59,171 nucleotides of DNA, taken from positions 1-59,171 of the IMG/VR virus record IMGVR_UViG_3300027804_000076. The stretch is one strand, 5' to 3'. Each line of letters opens with the position of its first letter. Within the stretch, counting starts at the first letter, position 1. The notes beneath the pieces were generated by a model, which was given only the letters and a program-made list of their open reading frames with translations, was not told where the DNA came from and searched no databases. The position numbers were made by a program, and so were the translations under genes. Below, piece by piece: positions 15,838-25,186 of the stretch. This stretch comes from a virus. Lineage: Duplodnaviria > Caudoviricetes.

Positions 15838-16559
15838 TAGACTTTCGCACATATCTGACAGAATCATTCGACAACCCGTTCTCTGTGCGGGAGTACAAGC
15901 GGTTGGGTTACGGTCCCACCACGATGGAGATCACCTACCACGCGCAAGACGAGCAGGGACGCGACCTGGTGATTGACATCACCAATGTGGGTGGCGGATG
16001 GGAAATCAATTTCACATTGGATGGCTCACACGATCTCACCCATTCAGGAAAGCCGTTCCGTGTGCTTGCCACCGTTGTGAAAGCCGTTGAAATGTTCCTG
16101 AAGTGGCACAAGACCGAGTTTGACACCTATCCCGCATCGTTTGACATGATATCCAAGCGCAGCGAAGCCAAGCGCGACACGGTGTACTCTGCGCTCATGC
16201 GGCGGTTCGGCAAGAAGTATGGATACGAAATCACCGATAAGTTCGTGACCAATCGTTTCGCTAGTCCTGAAAATCAGCGCACTGTGACCACGGCTAAACT
16301 GAAAGAAGCCCGTGACTACAAAGCCGAGTACCGAAAAATGTACGGTGGCGACAACCCCACCCCCAAGCAGCGCAAGGCAATGAAGAAGAAGACCGCACGA
16401 AAGCGCGTCCTGCGCCGCATGGGACGCGAGGGGCGGTCGAATGACGGCAAGGAGATTGACCACAAGAACGGCAACGCTCTGGACGGTCGTCCATCCAATC
16501 TGCGGTTGGTGTCTCGCCACACGAACAGGTCAAAAGACAACAACAAATGGCGACAGTAA
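15834..16559 (+). CDS. Putative internal head protein 5 (family A domain + C-terminal HNH-like domain)
   Basis: Leader MIDFRTYLTE; DHKNGNALDGRPSNLRLVSRHTNRS. Confidence 0.75.
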   Translation: MIDFRTYLTESFDNPFSVREYKRLGYGPTTMEITYHAQDEQGRDLVIDITNVGGGWEINFTLDGSHDLTHSGKPFRVLATVVKAVEMFLKWHKTEFDTYPASFDMISKRSEAKRDTVYSALMRRFGKKYGYEITDKFVTNRFASPENQRTVTTAKLKEARDYKAEYRKMYGGDNPTPKQRKAMKKKTARKRVLRRMGREGRSNDGKEIDHKNGNALDGRPSNLRLVSRHTNRSKDNNKWRQ

Positions 16560-16647
16560 TATTTTGAACGGTAAACCCCATTTGTCGGGACACGCTGGCA
16601 TTACTAAATAATGCTGACAAGCCAAAATCACTCAAAGGAGAACTCTT

Positions 16648-17148
16648 ATGGCATTCACAGCAGGATCAGTCGAACTCGCAAAAGCAATCAGACTTGCCAA
16701 CACTCTGTCCGCATATTACCAAATGGTTGGAGCATCCAACGGCAGCGGATATACGGCTGCTGCGTATGTGGAGAAGCAAGCAAAGAAACTTGGATTTGGA
16801 ATCACAGGACTGACCACTGGTGCAGGATTCCCTCCTTTCGGCTCTGCGGGACTCACTACCAATGTTCAGTTCACGGTTGGTAGTCTCGCTGCCGCTCTGC
16901 AAAACCCCGCTGGATTGACTCGTCCAAACGGAATTACCGTTGGAGCATTTGCCAACGGCGCAACCGTGGGAATCTATCTGAAGAAATTTGTCCGCAGCGG
17001 AGAAGACACCACGATCACCAATTCGTCTTCTGGTGCCGTTACAGGAACCACATTTGAGAATTTCTCTGGCGGAACCATTGTAAACGGTGGATTCACCGCT
17101 AATGTTTTCTTCGGCGGTGCTAACGGATCGACTGGCACCGTATCGTAA
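16648..17148 (+). CDS. Gly/Thr-rich putative structural (decoration) protein
   Basis: Late promoter, AAGGAGA SD, many G-x-T motifs. Confidence 0.7.
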   Translation: MAFTAGSVELAKAIRLANTLSAYYQMVGASNGSGYTAAAYVEKQAKKLGFGITGLTTGAGFPPFGSAGLTTNVQFTVGSLAAALQNPAGLTRPNGITVGAFANGATVGIYLKKFVRSGEDTTITNSSSGAVTGTTFENFSGGTIVNGGFTANVFFGGANGSTGTVS

Positions 17149-17149
17149 A

Positions 17150-17632
17150 ATGTCCGATGAGTTTGATTTTGGCTTCACGGCGGTAGACGAGGAGGAGTTG
17201 GGACTAGCGGCAACGCCCCCAACTCCTCCACCGCCGTCTATTTCTCCCGATGCAATCGCTACCATTACCGCACAGATTGCAGACTTGAAAGCCGCAGTCG
17301 CAGCAATGAAGCCTGTGTCTCCCACACAAATGACCCGTGTGGAGGAAAAGATTGATCGTGTGCTGAACATGGAACTGCACGAACTGAACGCGGCAGTGCA
17401 GTCGCAAGGCGAAAGCCTTTCATCGGTGCTTGATGAAGTTGAAGAACGCGCCAACGCCACACGCGAAGAGTGCAAGGAAAAATTGCAGGCGGTGGAACGC
17501 CTCATCCTGCCTCTCCTAACTAATCTTATGAAGAATCCCGAAAAGCCGTACATCAAGTGGGAAGGTCGTGCAGAGAAGATTGCCGCGCAGATAGACAAGA
17601 TTACCGCCATCACGCGCAGTTACGGAGTCTGA
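17150..17632 (+). CDS. Conserved T4-like coiled-coil protein
   Basis: FDFGFTAVDE...LILPLLTNLMKNPEKPYIKW. Confidence 0.8.
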   Translation: MSDEFDFGFTAVDEEELGLAATPPTPPPPSISPDAIATITAQIADLKAAVAAMKPVSPTQMTRVEEKIDRVLNMELHELNAAVQSQGESLSSVLDEVEERANATREECKEKLQAVERLILPLLTNLMKNPEKPYIKWEGRAEKIAAQIDKITAITRSYGV

Positions 17633-17634
17633 AC

Positions 17635-19659
17635 ATGGAAGACTTGGAACCATACAAGAGCCTACGCACCGTTATTCTAGAGGTGCAAGCCGCTGTAAAG
17701 CCCACGAAGCCTGCGGAGAAGAAGCCCTCTGCCCCTGCACAAGGCGGTCACAAGAGCGGAGATGTATGGCAGACTGCAAGCGGATCGTATGGCGCAAAGA
17801 ACAAGGCGGGGCAGACCGAATACTTTGATTCGGAAGAGAACGCAAAGGCGTGGATTGACGGACGCTCCGCGCCAGCGGGTCGTTTGGAAAAGCCAGGCGA
17901 CACATCGCGCAAGGTTGAATTGGATCAAGACGGCTATGAAAAGAAACCAGAAGTGAAGGGAGCAACACAGCCGAATGCAAAACCCACAGCAGCCGCAACA
18001 ACCCGACCCGCTCCTCAACCCGCAGGAGGAGCCGCCCCCAAAGCGCAAGCGGCAGCCAGTGATACGAAGCGTGCAGCACAACCGCAAAGTAGCCAAGGCA
18101 GTGCGGCGCAACCCGAAGCAGAAGAGAACCCCGAGGTAGGAAAAGAAAATCCAAAGACGGAATTTGATGCACACATCAAGGTTGATCCCGAGGCAACAGC
18201 CAAAGCCAAAGCCAAGCCTGATATCCGCAAGGCAAATGTGGTGGCAAAGGCTGTGAAGGCTGGTGAATTGGACGGACCGCAGACCGATGCGGAGTCCGTG
18301 TTCGGTGACGCTGCTGCGGAACAGCGTTTCGTGGAAGAGATGAACCACGCCGCTCTTTCTGCCATGCGCGGAGAAGCAGCATATGACTTTGAGTTGTGTT
18401 CGGAAGTGTTTGCTCACTTGGGCTTGTGCTTTGACCCAAAGACAAAGGAGAAGGTCAGCAAAGGCATTCCACGGATAGAGATGCCGCAGTTCTCGTCACA
18501 GGTTGACCCAAGCAGAACGGACAGTCCTGCGTTCCAAGCACTCATGCGTGGAAAGGGCTACACTTCACCTGATCAGGTCACTCCACAAGACTTGCAGTCG
18601 GAAATAAACATGGAGCGAGAGTACCGCAAGGCTCTTGAAGACGCAGGATTCACCGTCACGGACGAAGAAGTGAGCGTGACCTCGCTGAAGCCCATTCAAG
18701 GAGAATTGAAGGGCGAGAAGATTGCGGGAATGTACGGTACTCTTGCTGCTGCACAATCTGATCCACAGAACTACGGCAAGGCAGCGGCGCGTCTGCTTGA
18801 ACCAATTTATGTGAGTGACGGTTATGTGGTTGACGGTCACCACCGTTGGGCAGCACAGGTGTCTGTGGACATTGCAAACGGTGCAGGCGCAAACGCCACG
18901 ATGAAGACTCGCACAATCACGCGGGACGGCAATCCTGTTCCAATTGACGAGATCATAAAGTTTTCCAACAAGTTTCAGAAGGACATTGGACTGTTGAGCC
19001 AGACCCGTGGCGGCAAGTCGGTTCCCGAGAAGAAGCCAGAAGCAAAAACACAGAAGGAGTGGACTATGGGCAAGTTCGGCGCAAAGCGTATGCAAAGCAT
19101 TGTTGAATCCCTCAACGAAGCCGCTAAAACAAAGTTCAAGAAGCCGCGCATTGCGGGTGACGAGCCAGACACCTTTGGCTACGGTGCAAAGGTGCAGCGT
19201 GGTGGATCGGTCGGCGGCAAGATGGGCGTGAAGCCTGTCAGCCTTGCAAAGCAAGTCACCATTGATGCCCGTGCCGCTGCTGCGGTGAAGAAGGGCGAAA
19301 CCACATCGGCTGACTTGATGAAGACCATTGAGAGCAAGCCCGAGGGCACCACATTTGAAATCTACGGATCACGGAACGGACAGGAAACCTCCGTGAAGGT
19401 GAAGAAGACGCGCTACATGGGCGATGTGGTGTACATGGTGGGCACCAGTCGCGTGGAGTTGCGCGTGTCTGGCGTTGGGCTGAAGGTGGTGAACCCCAAG
19501 ACCAATCGTGTGCTGCTTGATCGTGGTGCTGATCTCATTTGGGAAAGCGCAGACCTGTGCGATGTGGGCATGATCTCCATCAACGAGATTCGCAAACTCA
19601 CGAAGGACGAACTGAAGAACATCCGTCCAGGCATCAAGAAGCCCGCACCAAAGAAGTGA
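17635..19659 (+). CDS. Large protein with a ParB/Srx-like nuclease domain
   Basis: LKPIQ...PIYVSDGYVVDGHHRWAA; Ala/Pro/Lys linker. Confidence 0.75.
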   Translation: MEDLEPYKSLRTVILEVQAAVKPTKPAEKKPSAPAQGGHKSGDVWQTASGSYGAKNKAGQTEYFDSEENAKAWIDGRSAPAGRLEKPGDTSRKVELDQDGYEKKPEVKGATQPNAKPTAAATTRPAPQPAGGAAPKAQAAASDTKRAAQPQSSQGSAAQPEAEENPEVGKENPKTEFDAHIKVDPEATAKAKAKPDIRKANVVAKAVKAGELDGPQTDAESVFGDAAAEQRFVEEMNHAALSAMRGEAAYDFELCSEVFAHLGLCFDPKTKEKVSKGIPRIEMPQFSSQVDPSRTDSPAFQALMRGKGYTSPDQVTPQDLQSEINMEREYRKALEDAGFTVTDEEVSVTSLKPIQGELKGEKIAGMYGTLAAAQSDPQNYGKAAARLLEPIYVSDGYVVDGHHRWAAQVSVDIANGAGANATMKTRTITRDGNPVPIDEIIKFSNKFQKDIGLLSQTRGGKSVPEKKPEAKTQKEWTMGKFGAKRMQSIVESLNEAAKTKFKKPRIAGDEPDTFGYGAKVQRGGSVGGKMGVKPVSLAKQVTIDARAAAAVKKGETTSADLMKTIESKPEGTTFEIYGSRNGQETSVKVKKTRYMGDVVYMVGTSRVELRVSGVGLKVVNPKTNRVLLDRGADLIWESADLCDVGMISINEIRKLTKDELKNIRPGIKKPAPKK

Positions 19660-19667
19660 GGTGAGCC

Positions 19668-20573
19668 TTGGCAGACGCAAAACTGGATCCGCGTACATTC
19701 AAGATGGCAGGCGATGCCCTGACATTCAAGGAGTATCAGAAACTCCTTGACGCGGGTATCAACAAACTGCCAAAGGATTTGGGCGTGTATCTTGACATGG
19801 TGGTTTCTTATCTCCGAGGAGAGGGAGTCACCGATGACAACCTGAAGAAGGCGTTGAACAAGGCTTCTGTGAAAGCGCACAAGAGAAAGATACTCACGGA
19901 TTTTGGCGAAACTCTTGGTCCGCTTGGTGTGGTGAAGTTCAAGTTGTTTGAAGGGCGACCCGAAGATGTGCGGATACAGTACCCCACCGCACAGAATCAG
20001 GGAATGTACGATTACATGATGTCTTTCAATGGCGGAAAGTCGTGGAGAAAACTGTCTGCAAAAGCAAAAACAGGCAAGTCCAACACCGTGAAGCCTGGCG
20101 ACATACTGAAACTGTTGGAGGGGGCGCAGATTCCGCAGACCCTGAAGACGGCACATGAGTTCGTGCGTATCATTTCCGAGAACACCACGAACGAAGGCTC
20201 ACAGATAGCCATGAAGTATTTGCAGTCCAAGAAGGTGCAGGATGTGCCGAACAAGACATTCACGAAAAAGGTAATGTGCGAAACTATTTTTGAAGACATT
20301 ACCAAAGACCCCGCGAACGCTTTCGGCAAGCAGATGAACGATTTGTTCTGGCTTGCAATAGAAAACGGCGAACTGAATTTCATCAAGTTTGGATTGGACG
20401 GTGGCACTCCCGTATACGACCGCGTGAATGACGGAGTGGACATAATTTTTGAGGACGGCAAGAGCCTGAAGCGCGTGCCAAGCAAAGAAGACATAAAGCC
20501 TCGCGTGTATTTCCGTGGCAAGGGAAGAGAAGCAGGCGAGAAGCGAGCAGAGAAACCAGGATTCCAAACATGA
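19668..20573 (+). CDS. Hypothetical protein, possible PD-(D/E)xK nuclease fold
   Basis: GE..G; YP...N..YDY...SAK; TTG start with GAGGTGA SD. Confidence 0.6.
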   Translation: MADAKLDPRTFKMAGDALTFKEYQKLLDAGINKLPKDLGVYLDMVVSYLRGEGVTDDNLKKALNKASVKAHKRKILTDFGETLGPLGVVKFKLFEGRPEDVRIQYPTAQNQGMYDYMMSFNGGKSWRKLSAKAKTGKSNTVKPGDILKLLEGAQIPQTLKTAHEFVRIISENTTNEGSQIAMKYLQSKKVQDVPNKTFTKKVMCETIFEDITKDPANAFGKQMNDLFWLAIENGELNFIKFGLDGGTPVYDRVNDGVDIIFEDGKSLKRVPSKEDIKPRVYFRGKGREAGEKRAEKPGFQT

Positions 20574-21109
20574 AACCATTCAAAGAACTACGCGACCACG
20601 CTTTCTGCTCTCTGCAACGCATGATCTTTGAGGAGTTTGACGCTGAACTCACCGAAGAAAAGATCGTGCTTGATATGCCCAATTTCTCATACGAGGATGT
20701 GGTGGACTATTTGGAGCAGGAAGGCATTGAGTGGGAGGAAAAGGACGGCGTGATCTACATTCTTGATCCCGTGGAGGAAGCAGACATCACGGTTGAGGTG
20801 GAAGAAGACGAAGAAGTGAATGAAGAATTCCAAGTTGAGAGTGAGATGTTGAATGAAGTCGCCGCCAAGCGTAAGATAGTGGTACGCAAAGGCAAGAAGC
20901 GCATCATCTTCAAGTGCGCTCCTGGCTTCAAGAAGAAGGGCGCACGAACTTGCGTGAAGCGTGCTGCATCCCAACTGCGTAAAATGAAACTGACTGCAAA
21001 GCGAGCGTCCCGCAAGTCTCGTGGAAAGCGGGCGCAGGCAAAGAGAAAGAGAAAACTGTCTCTGCGGAAGCGACTCACATTCGGGCTGCGACCGCGAAAG
21101 AAAAGGTGA
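20570..21109 (+). CDS. Prohead core protein-like (gp68-like)
   Basis: Acidic N-half, LNE site, then basic KRKIVVRKGKK..CAPGFK..RKMK..KR tail. Confidence 0.6.
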   Translation: MKPFKELRDHAFCSLQRMIFEEFDAELTEEKIVLDMPNFSYEDVVDYLEQEGIEWEEKDGVIYILDPVEEADITVEVEEDEEVNEEFQVESEMLNEVAAKRKIVVRKGKKRIIFKCAPGFKKKGARTCVKRAASQLRKMKLTAKRASRKSRGKRAQAKRKRKLSLRKRLTFGLRPRKKR

Positions 21110-21112
21110 AGC

Positions 21113-21925
21113 ATGATTCAGCATGAGAAAACCGACAACGGCGGGTCGGTGCGAGTGAAGTCAACCGAAGGATTTGCCACCGTCCATTTCACATACTCAA
21201 ACCCCGACTCACCGCTGTGCTTGAACTGCGGCGTGTCGTCTGGTTCCCACCCCAAACTCGCGGTAGCCATCACCGAGAGCCTGTGTGAGCGGTACTCTCC
21301 CGTGGTTCTCATGCTTGAATCAGACAAGACAGAGGTGCGCTTCACTCCGAAGATTGCGTCCCTGTTCCGCTGTTGGACACACGGCAAGCAGTCCGTGCTT
21401 GCAGAGGCGTTCTCGTCACGCGAGATGTTCAACCGCGTGTGCAGCCTGTCCTGTGCCATGCAGAACACCGACTTCGTGCGCGTGGACGGCAGCGAGATCA
21501 AACTGTACGGCTACCACGCAGTGCTTGGGCGACTGCGGCAGCAGACCACGCCCTTTGAGTTCTTGAACCTGAAGGAAGAGTGCGACTACGGCATCAAGCG
21601 CACCGCAGCAGACTGCGTGGACAAGATTATTGCTGCCGCCGTTGCAGCACTGCCACAGGTGGGCGGTGAAATGCAGAACAGGTTCGCCACCACGCTGAAC
21701 GAAATATCCCGCAAGCAGACAGGAGAACGGGGGTTCGACACCCGCTACTCGTATATTCAAGAAGTGGTGACTGCGGTGCTGTTGCCTGCGGTTGTTAAAT
21801 TCGGTGGCACTCACCCGTTTACCCAATCGGTGTTCCGTGAATTTTCGGATAGCGCAGCGGAGTACACTGCGGTGTGCGAGGCGTTCCTGTCTGAACACGG
21901 TGAAATAAACGGTTCGGATTCATAA
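21113..21925 (+). CDS. Hypothetical protein
   Basis: Long ORF in operon. Confidence 0.7.
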   Translation: MIQHEKTDNGGSVRVKSTEGFATVHFTYSNPDSPLCLNCGVSSGSHPKLAVAITESLCERYSPVVLMLESDKTEVRFTPKIASLFRCWTHGKQSVLAEAFSSREMFNRVCSLSCAMQNTDFVRVDGSEIKLYGYHAVLGRLRQQTTPFEFLNLKEECDYGIKRTAADCVDKIIAAAVAALPQVGGEMQNRFATTLNEISRKQTGERGFDTRYSYIQEVVTAVLLPAVVKFGGTHPFTQSVFREFSDSAAEYTAVCEAFLSEHGEINGSDS

Positions 21926-21963
21926 ATACGATTGAACCGCCTACATACTAACAGGAGACTACG

Positions 21964-22143
21964 ATGACGAACATGAGACAGTACCTTGCGTGGCTGAAGC
22001 AGAATCAAACCAACAATCCCGAGTGGCAGGCAGCAAACGCTTGGCAGAATCGGAATCAGACGAAGGTGAACGAGGGCAAGAAGCCCGCACCCAACAAGTT
22101 GCCTGAAGGCACGGAAATCGTGGAAGAGCAGCCAGAAGAATAA
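21964..22143 (+). CDS. Small hypothetical protein (59 aa)
   Basis: CTACATA promoter and AGGAGA SD; MTNMRQYLAWLK. Confidence 0.65.
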   Translation: MTNMRQYLAWLKQNQTNNPEWQAANAWQNRNQTKVNEGKKPAPNKLPEGTEIVEEQPEE

Positions 22144-22144
22144 A

Positions 22145-22813
22145 ATGAAAACCTTTCAGCATGAATTTGTGACGCTAGACGAAAACATTGAAAGCGTAGA
22201 CACGGACAGCGGCAGGCGGTACAAGACCCCTGACGGGCTGTTTCCGTCCGTCACCACCGTGACAGGGTGGAAGAAGCGCGCATTTTTTGCAAAGTGGCGG
22301 CGTGAGAATCCTGAAGAATCCAAGAGAGTACTATCCCGTGGCACGAAACTGCATTCGCTCATTGAAACCTATCTCCTCAACCGTCTTACGCCAACTGCGC
22401 TCTCTGAAGCGGCAGGCACCACCGAGGCTGATCTCTTTGTGTCAATGCAACAAGAGATTGATCGTATCGGGACGATCTACGCTATTGAGGTGCCGCTGTG
22501 GTCAAACAAGATCGGGTTGGCGGGGCGCACGGACTGCATCGGGGAGTTTGACGGTGTTCCCTCGGTCATTGACTTCAAGTCATCAAATTATCCAAAGTCT
22601 GAAGACGCAATCCAAGACTATTTTATGCAAGCCACGGCGTATTCCCTCATGTGGCAAGATCGCACGGGTCAGCGGCTCCGAAATATTGCCATTCTGATCG
22701 GGGTGGAGGACGGTGGATGCCAAGTGTTCACCGCCGACCCGATGGACTATGTGCCTGATTTGGTGGAAGCAATACAGGTTTATCGTGCGGAGCAGCCCGT
22801 CCGCGCTTCCTAA
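22145..22813 (+). CDS. PD-(D/E)xK exonuclease (Cas4/RecB-like, T4-like phage type)
   Basis: PSVTTV, RGTKLH, AGRTDC, IDFKSS, QATAY. Confidence 0.88.
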   Translation: MKTFQHEFVTLDENIESVDTDSGRRYKTPDGLFPSVTTVTGWKKRAFFAKWRRENPEESKRVLSRGTKLHSLIETYLLNRLTPTALSEAAGTTEADLFVSMQQEIDRIGTIYAIEVPLWSNKIGLAGRTDCIGEFDGVPSVIDFKSSNYPKSEDAIQDYFMQATAYSLMWQDRTGQRLRNIAILIGVEDGGCQVFTADPMDYVPDLVEAIQVYRAEQPVRAS

Positions 22814-22835
22814 ATAAAGGAAGCGGAGGACAGTC

Positions 22836-24044
22836 TTGATACGATTCACGGAACATCTCACGGAAGCGTTCAATGCAAAGAGTGGCAAGAATGTCCACTT
22901 GGAACACCTTGAGGACGAAATCCTGAATGACGGCTACGCGGGGTTCACCCGCGCAGTTTCCGCTATCCGTGGTGTGCTTGATGTGTTTGCCGCAAACGAG
23001 CCAAGCGCATACGACATCACGGTAAAATGGGACGGCGCACCAGCAATTGTGTGCGGCATCGACCCTGCAAGCGGTCGTTTTTTTGTCGGCACAAAGAGCG
23101 TGTTCAATGTGACACCCAAACTGAATTTCACCCCTGCCGACATTGACGCAAACCACCCCGCCGAAGGCTTGAACGCCAAACTGAAACTGGCACTGAAGCA
23201 TTTCTCCAAATTGGGAATTCGTGGAGTGCTGCAAGGCGATCTGCTGTTCGACAAGGACACGGTGGTGCGCGAAAAGATTGACGGCAGCACCTACCTCACA
23301 TTCCGCGCAAACACCATTACCTACGCCGTAGACCCCAAGAGCGAATTAGGCAAGCGCGTTGCAGCCGCGAAGATCGGCATCGTGTTCCACACCGCCTACG
23401 AAGGCGACTCCATGTCCACGATGGTTGCGCGGTTCAATCCCGACATCTCGTACTTGAAGAAGTCACGCGATGTGTGGTTCGACAACGCCACTCTGCGCGT
23501 TGCAAACGGCAGCGCAATGTTCTCTCCCGCCGAACGCGAAGGGGTTGAGCGTTCCATTGCCGCACTCACGCAGACTGCTGCCGCGCTGAAGACAACAATG
23601 AACGGCATCTCGCGGAATGAGGGCGTGAAGATTGCCATCAAGACCTACATCAACGGACTGGTGCGCTCCAACATGGGCAGCGGTCACGCTGATGTGAATC
23701 AGTTGCTGGCACTGATGTCACAGAAAGCGCAGACTGTTCGCAAGAAGCCTAGCACAAAGCCCACTCCGTCTATGGAGTGGATCAAAGCGAACCGCAATCA
23801 GATCAATCGGGTTTTCGCCCTACATAATGCGTTGGCTACGCTGAAACTCAGCATCGTCAACAAACTGTCCTCGCTGAAGAGCGGGGTAGGAACATTCGTC
23901 AAAGACGGCAAGGGATATCGCGTTACCGCTCCCGAAGGCTATGTGGCAATCGACCGCATGAGCAACAAAGCCGTGAAACTGGTAGACCGCCTTGACTTCT
24001 CGCGGAGCAATTTCACCGTTGAGAAGACTTGGAAGAAAGAGTAA
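22836..24044 (+). CDS. DUF6267-like, ligase/nucleotidyltransferase-fold protein
   Basis: KNVHLEHLED, KWDGAPA (KxDG), QGD, EGYV, KLVDR..FS; leader MIRFTEHLTE. Confidence 0.8.
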   Translation: MIRFTEHLTEAFNAKSGKNVHLEHLEDEILNDGYAGFTRAVSAIRGVLDVFAANEPSAYDITVKWDGAPAIVCGIDPASGRFFVGTKSVFNVTPKLNFTPADIDANHPAEGLNAKLKLALKHFSKLGIRGVLQGDLLFDKDTVVREKIDGSTYLTFRANTITYAVDPKSELGKRVAAAKIGIVFHTAYEGDSMSTMVARFNPDISYLKKSRDVWFDNATLRVANGSAMFSPAEREGVERSIAALTQTAAALKTTMNGISRNEGVKIAIKTYINGLVRSNMGSGHADVNQLLALMSQKAQTVRKKPSTKPTPSMEWIKANRNQINRVFALHNALATLKLSIVNKLSSLKSGVGTFVKDGKGYRVTAPEGYVAIDRMSNKAVKLVDRLDFSRSNFTVEKTWKKE

Positions 24045-24077
24045 CGAGCAGTTGGTGTCAGGAGTGCAATATCGGAG

Positions 24078-25166
24078 GTGATCCCCGTGGCAAAACAGGT
24101 TAGAGATAAAACTCAGTCTGCGCGACCAGGCAAAACCATCGTGGTTGCCTTTGGACGCTTTCAGCCACCTACTTCTGGTCACCAACTGCTCGTTGACAAA
24201 GTGGTGCAGACGGCGCGTAGCATGGGTGCGGATCACGCCATGTTCAGCAGTCGTACCAACGATCCGAAGAAGAATCCTCTTACGGCTCGTCAGAAGTTTC
24301 ACTACCTTAAGAAGTTTTTTCCTGACGGCAATTTCGTGGATGACGAGAAGATTCGCAATCCTGTGGAGATGCTGTACTGGCTTGCGGACAAGGGCTACGA
24401 CCATGTGGTGCTAGTCAGCGGAGAAGACCGTCAAGGCAACTACGAGATGTTCCGTGACTTCATGAAGCCAAGCAAGGGCAAGGATCAACTCAAACTAAAG
24501 AGTTTCCAAACGGTGGAAGCAGGCAAGCGGGACGCGAGTGCGAGTGGACTAAAGGGAATGAGCGCGTCTAAACTCCGTGCTGCTGTTGCGGCAAACGACA
24601 TGGCTACCTTCAAGAGCGGTATGCCACGCCGCGCAAATCAAAAAGACACGCAGGCACTGTTTGCGGATCTGCAAGCAGGAATGGCAGCAGCAAAGCCCAA
24701 GCGAGCAAAGGTGGGCAAGGCACTGAAGGAAGGCATCGACTACAATGAAATATACGCTGCTGCTGCTGCGCGACTAATTGAAAGCGACAAGTACAAGCGG
24801 CGACCACCCACGCCTGGTCAGACTGGCGGTTTCTCCAAGCACAGCACTAAATTTAAAACTCCACCTTGTGCAATTGATGAAGACCTGTCTCGGTGGTTCA
24901 AGGAGAAATGGGTCAACATCGGGGGCAAGAAGAACAAGGCGGGACAGTATCCTCCTTGTGGTCGCGGTGACACCTCCAAAGGCAAATATCCCAAATGCCG
25001 CCCAAGCAGCCGCGTCAGCAGCCAAACCCCCGAAACAGCGGGTGAGATGAGCGACAAAGAGAAAAAGCGGGCTGTAATTCAAAAAAGACGGGTAGAACCC
25101 GAGACACAAAGAAGCGGAAAAGGCAACGCTCCCCGCATGACCAGCCACTTGAAAAAATCTAAATAA
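24078..25166 (+). CDS. Cytidylyltransferase-family protein with basic C-terminal modules
   Basis: FGRFQPPTSGH, MSASKLR; EDLSRWFKEKWV..CGR..YPKC. Confidence 0.85.
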   Translation: MIPVAKQVRDKTQSARPGKTIVVAFGRFQPPTSGHQLLVDKVVQTARSMGADHAMFSSRTNDPKKNPLTARQKFHYLKKFFPDGNFVDDEKIRNPVEMLYWLADKGYDHVVLVSGEDRQGNYEMFRDFMKPSKGKDQLKLKSFQTVEAGKRDASASGLKGMSASKLRAAVAANDMATFKSGMPRRANQKDTQALFADLQAGMAAAKPKRAKVGKALKEGIDYNEIYAAAAARLIESDKYKRRPPTPGQTGGFSKHSTKFKTPPCAIDEDLSRWFKEKWVNIGGKKNKAGQYPPCGRGDTSKGKYPKCRPSSRVSSQTPETAGEMSDKEKKRAVIQKRRVEPETQRSGKGNAPRMTSHLKKSK

Positions 25167-25186
25167 AGGGACAACAGGAGACACCT

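Noticed and set aside
22145-22813. Cas4 as part of a CRISPR system
   Set aside because: Standard stand-alone phage PD-(D/E)xK exonuclease; lacks the Fe-S cysteine set and any cas context
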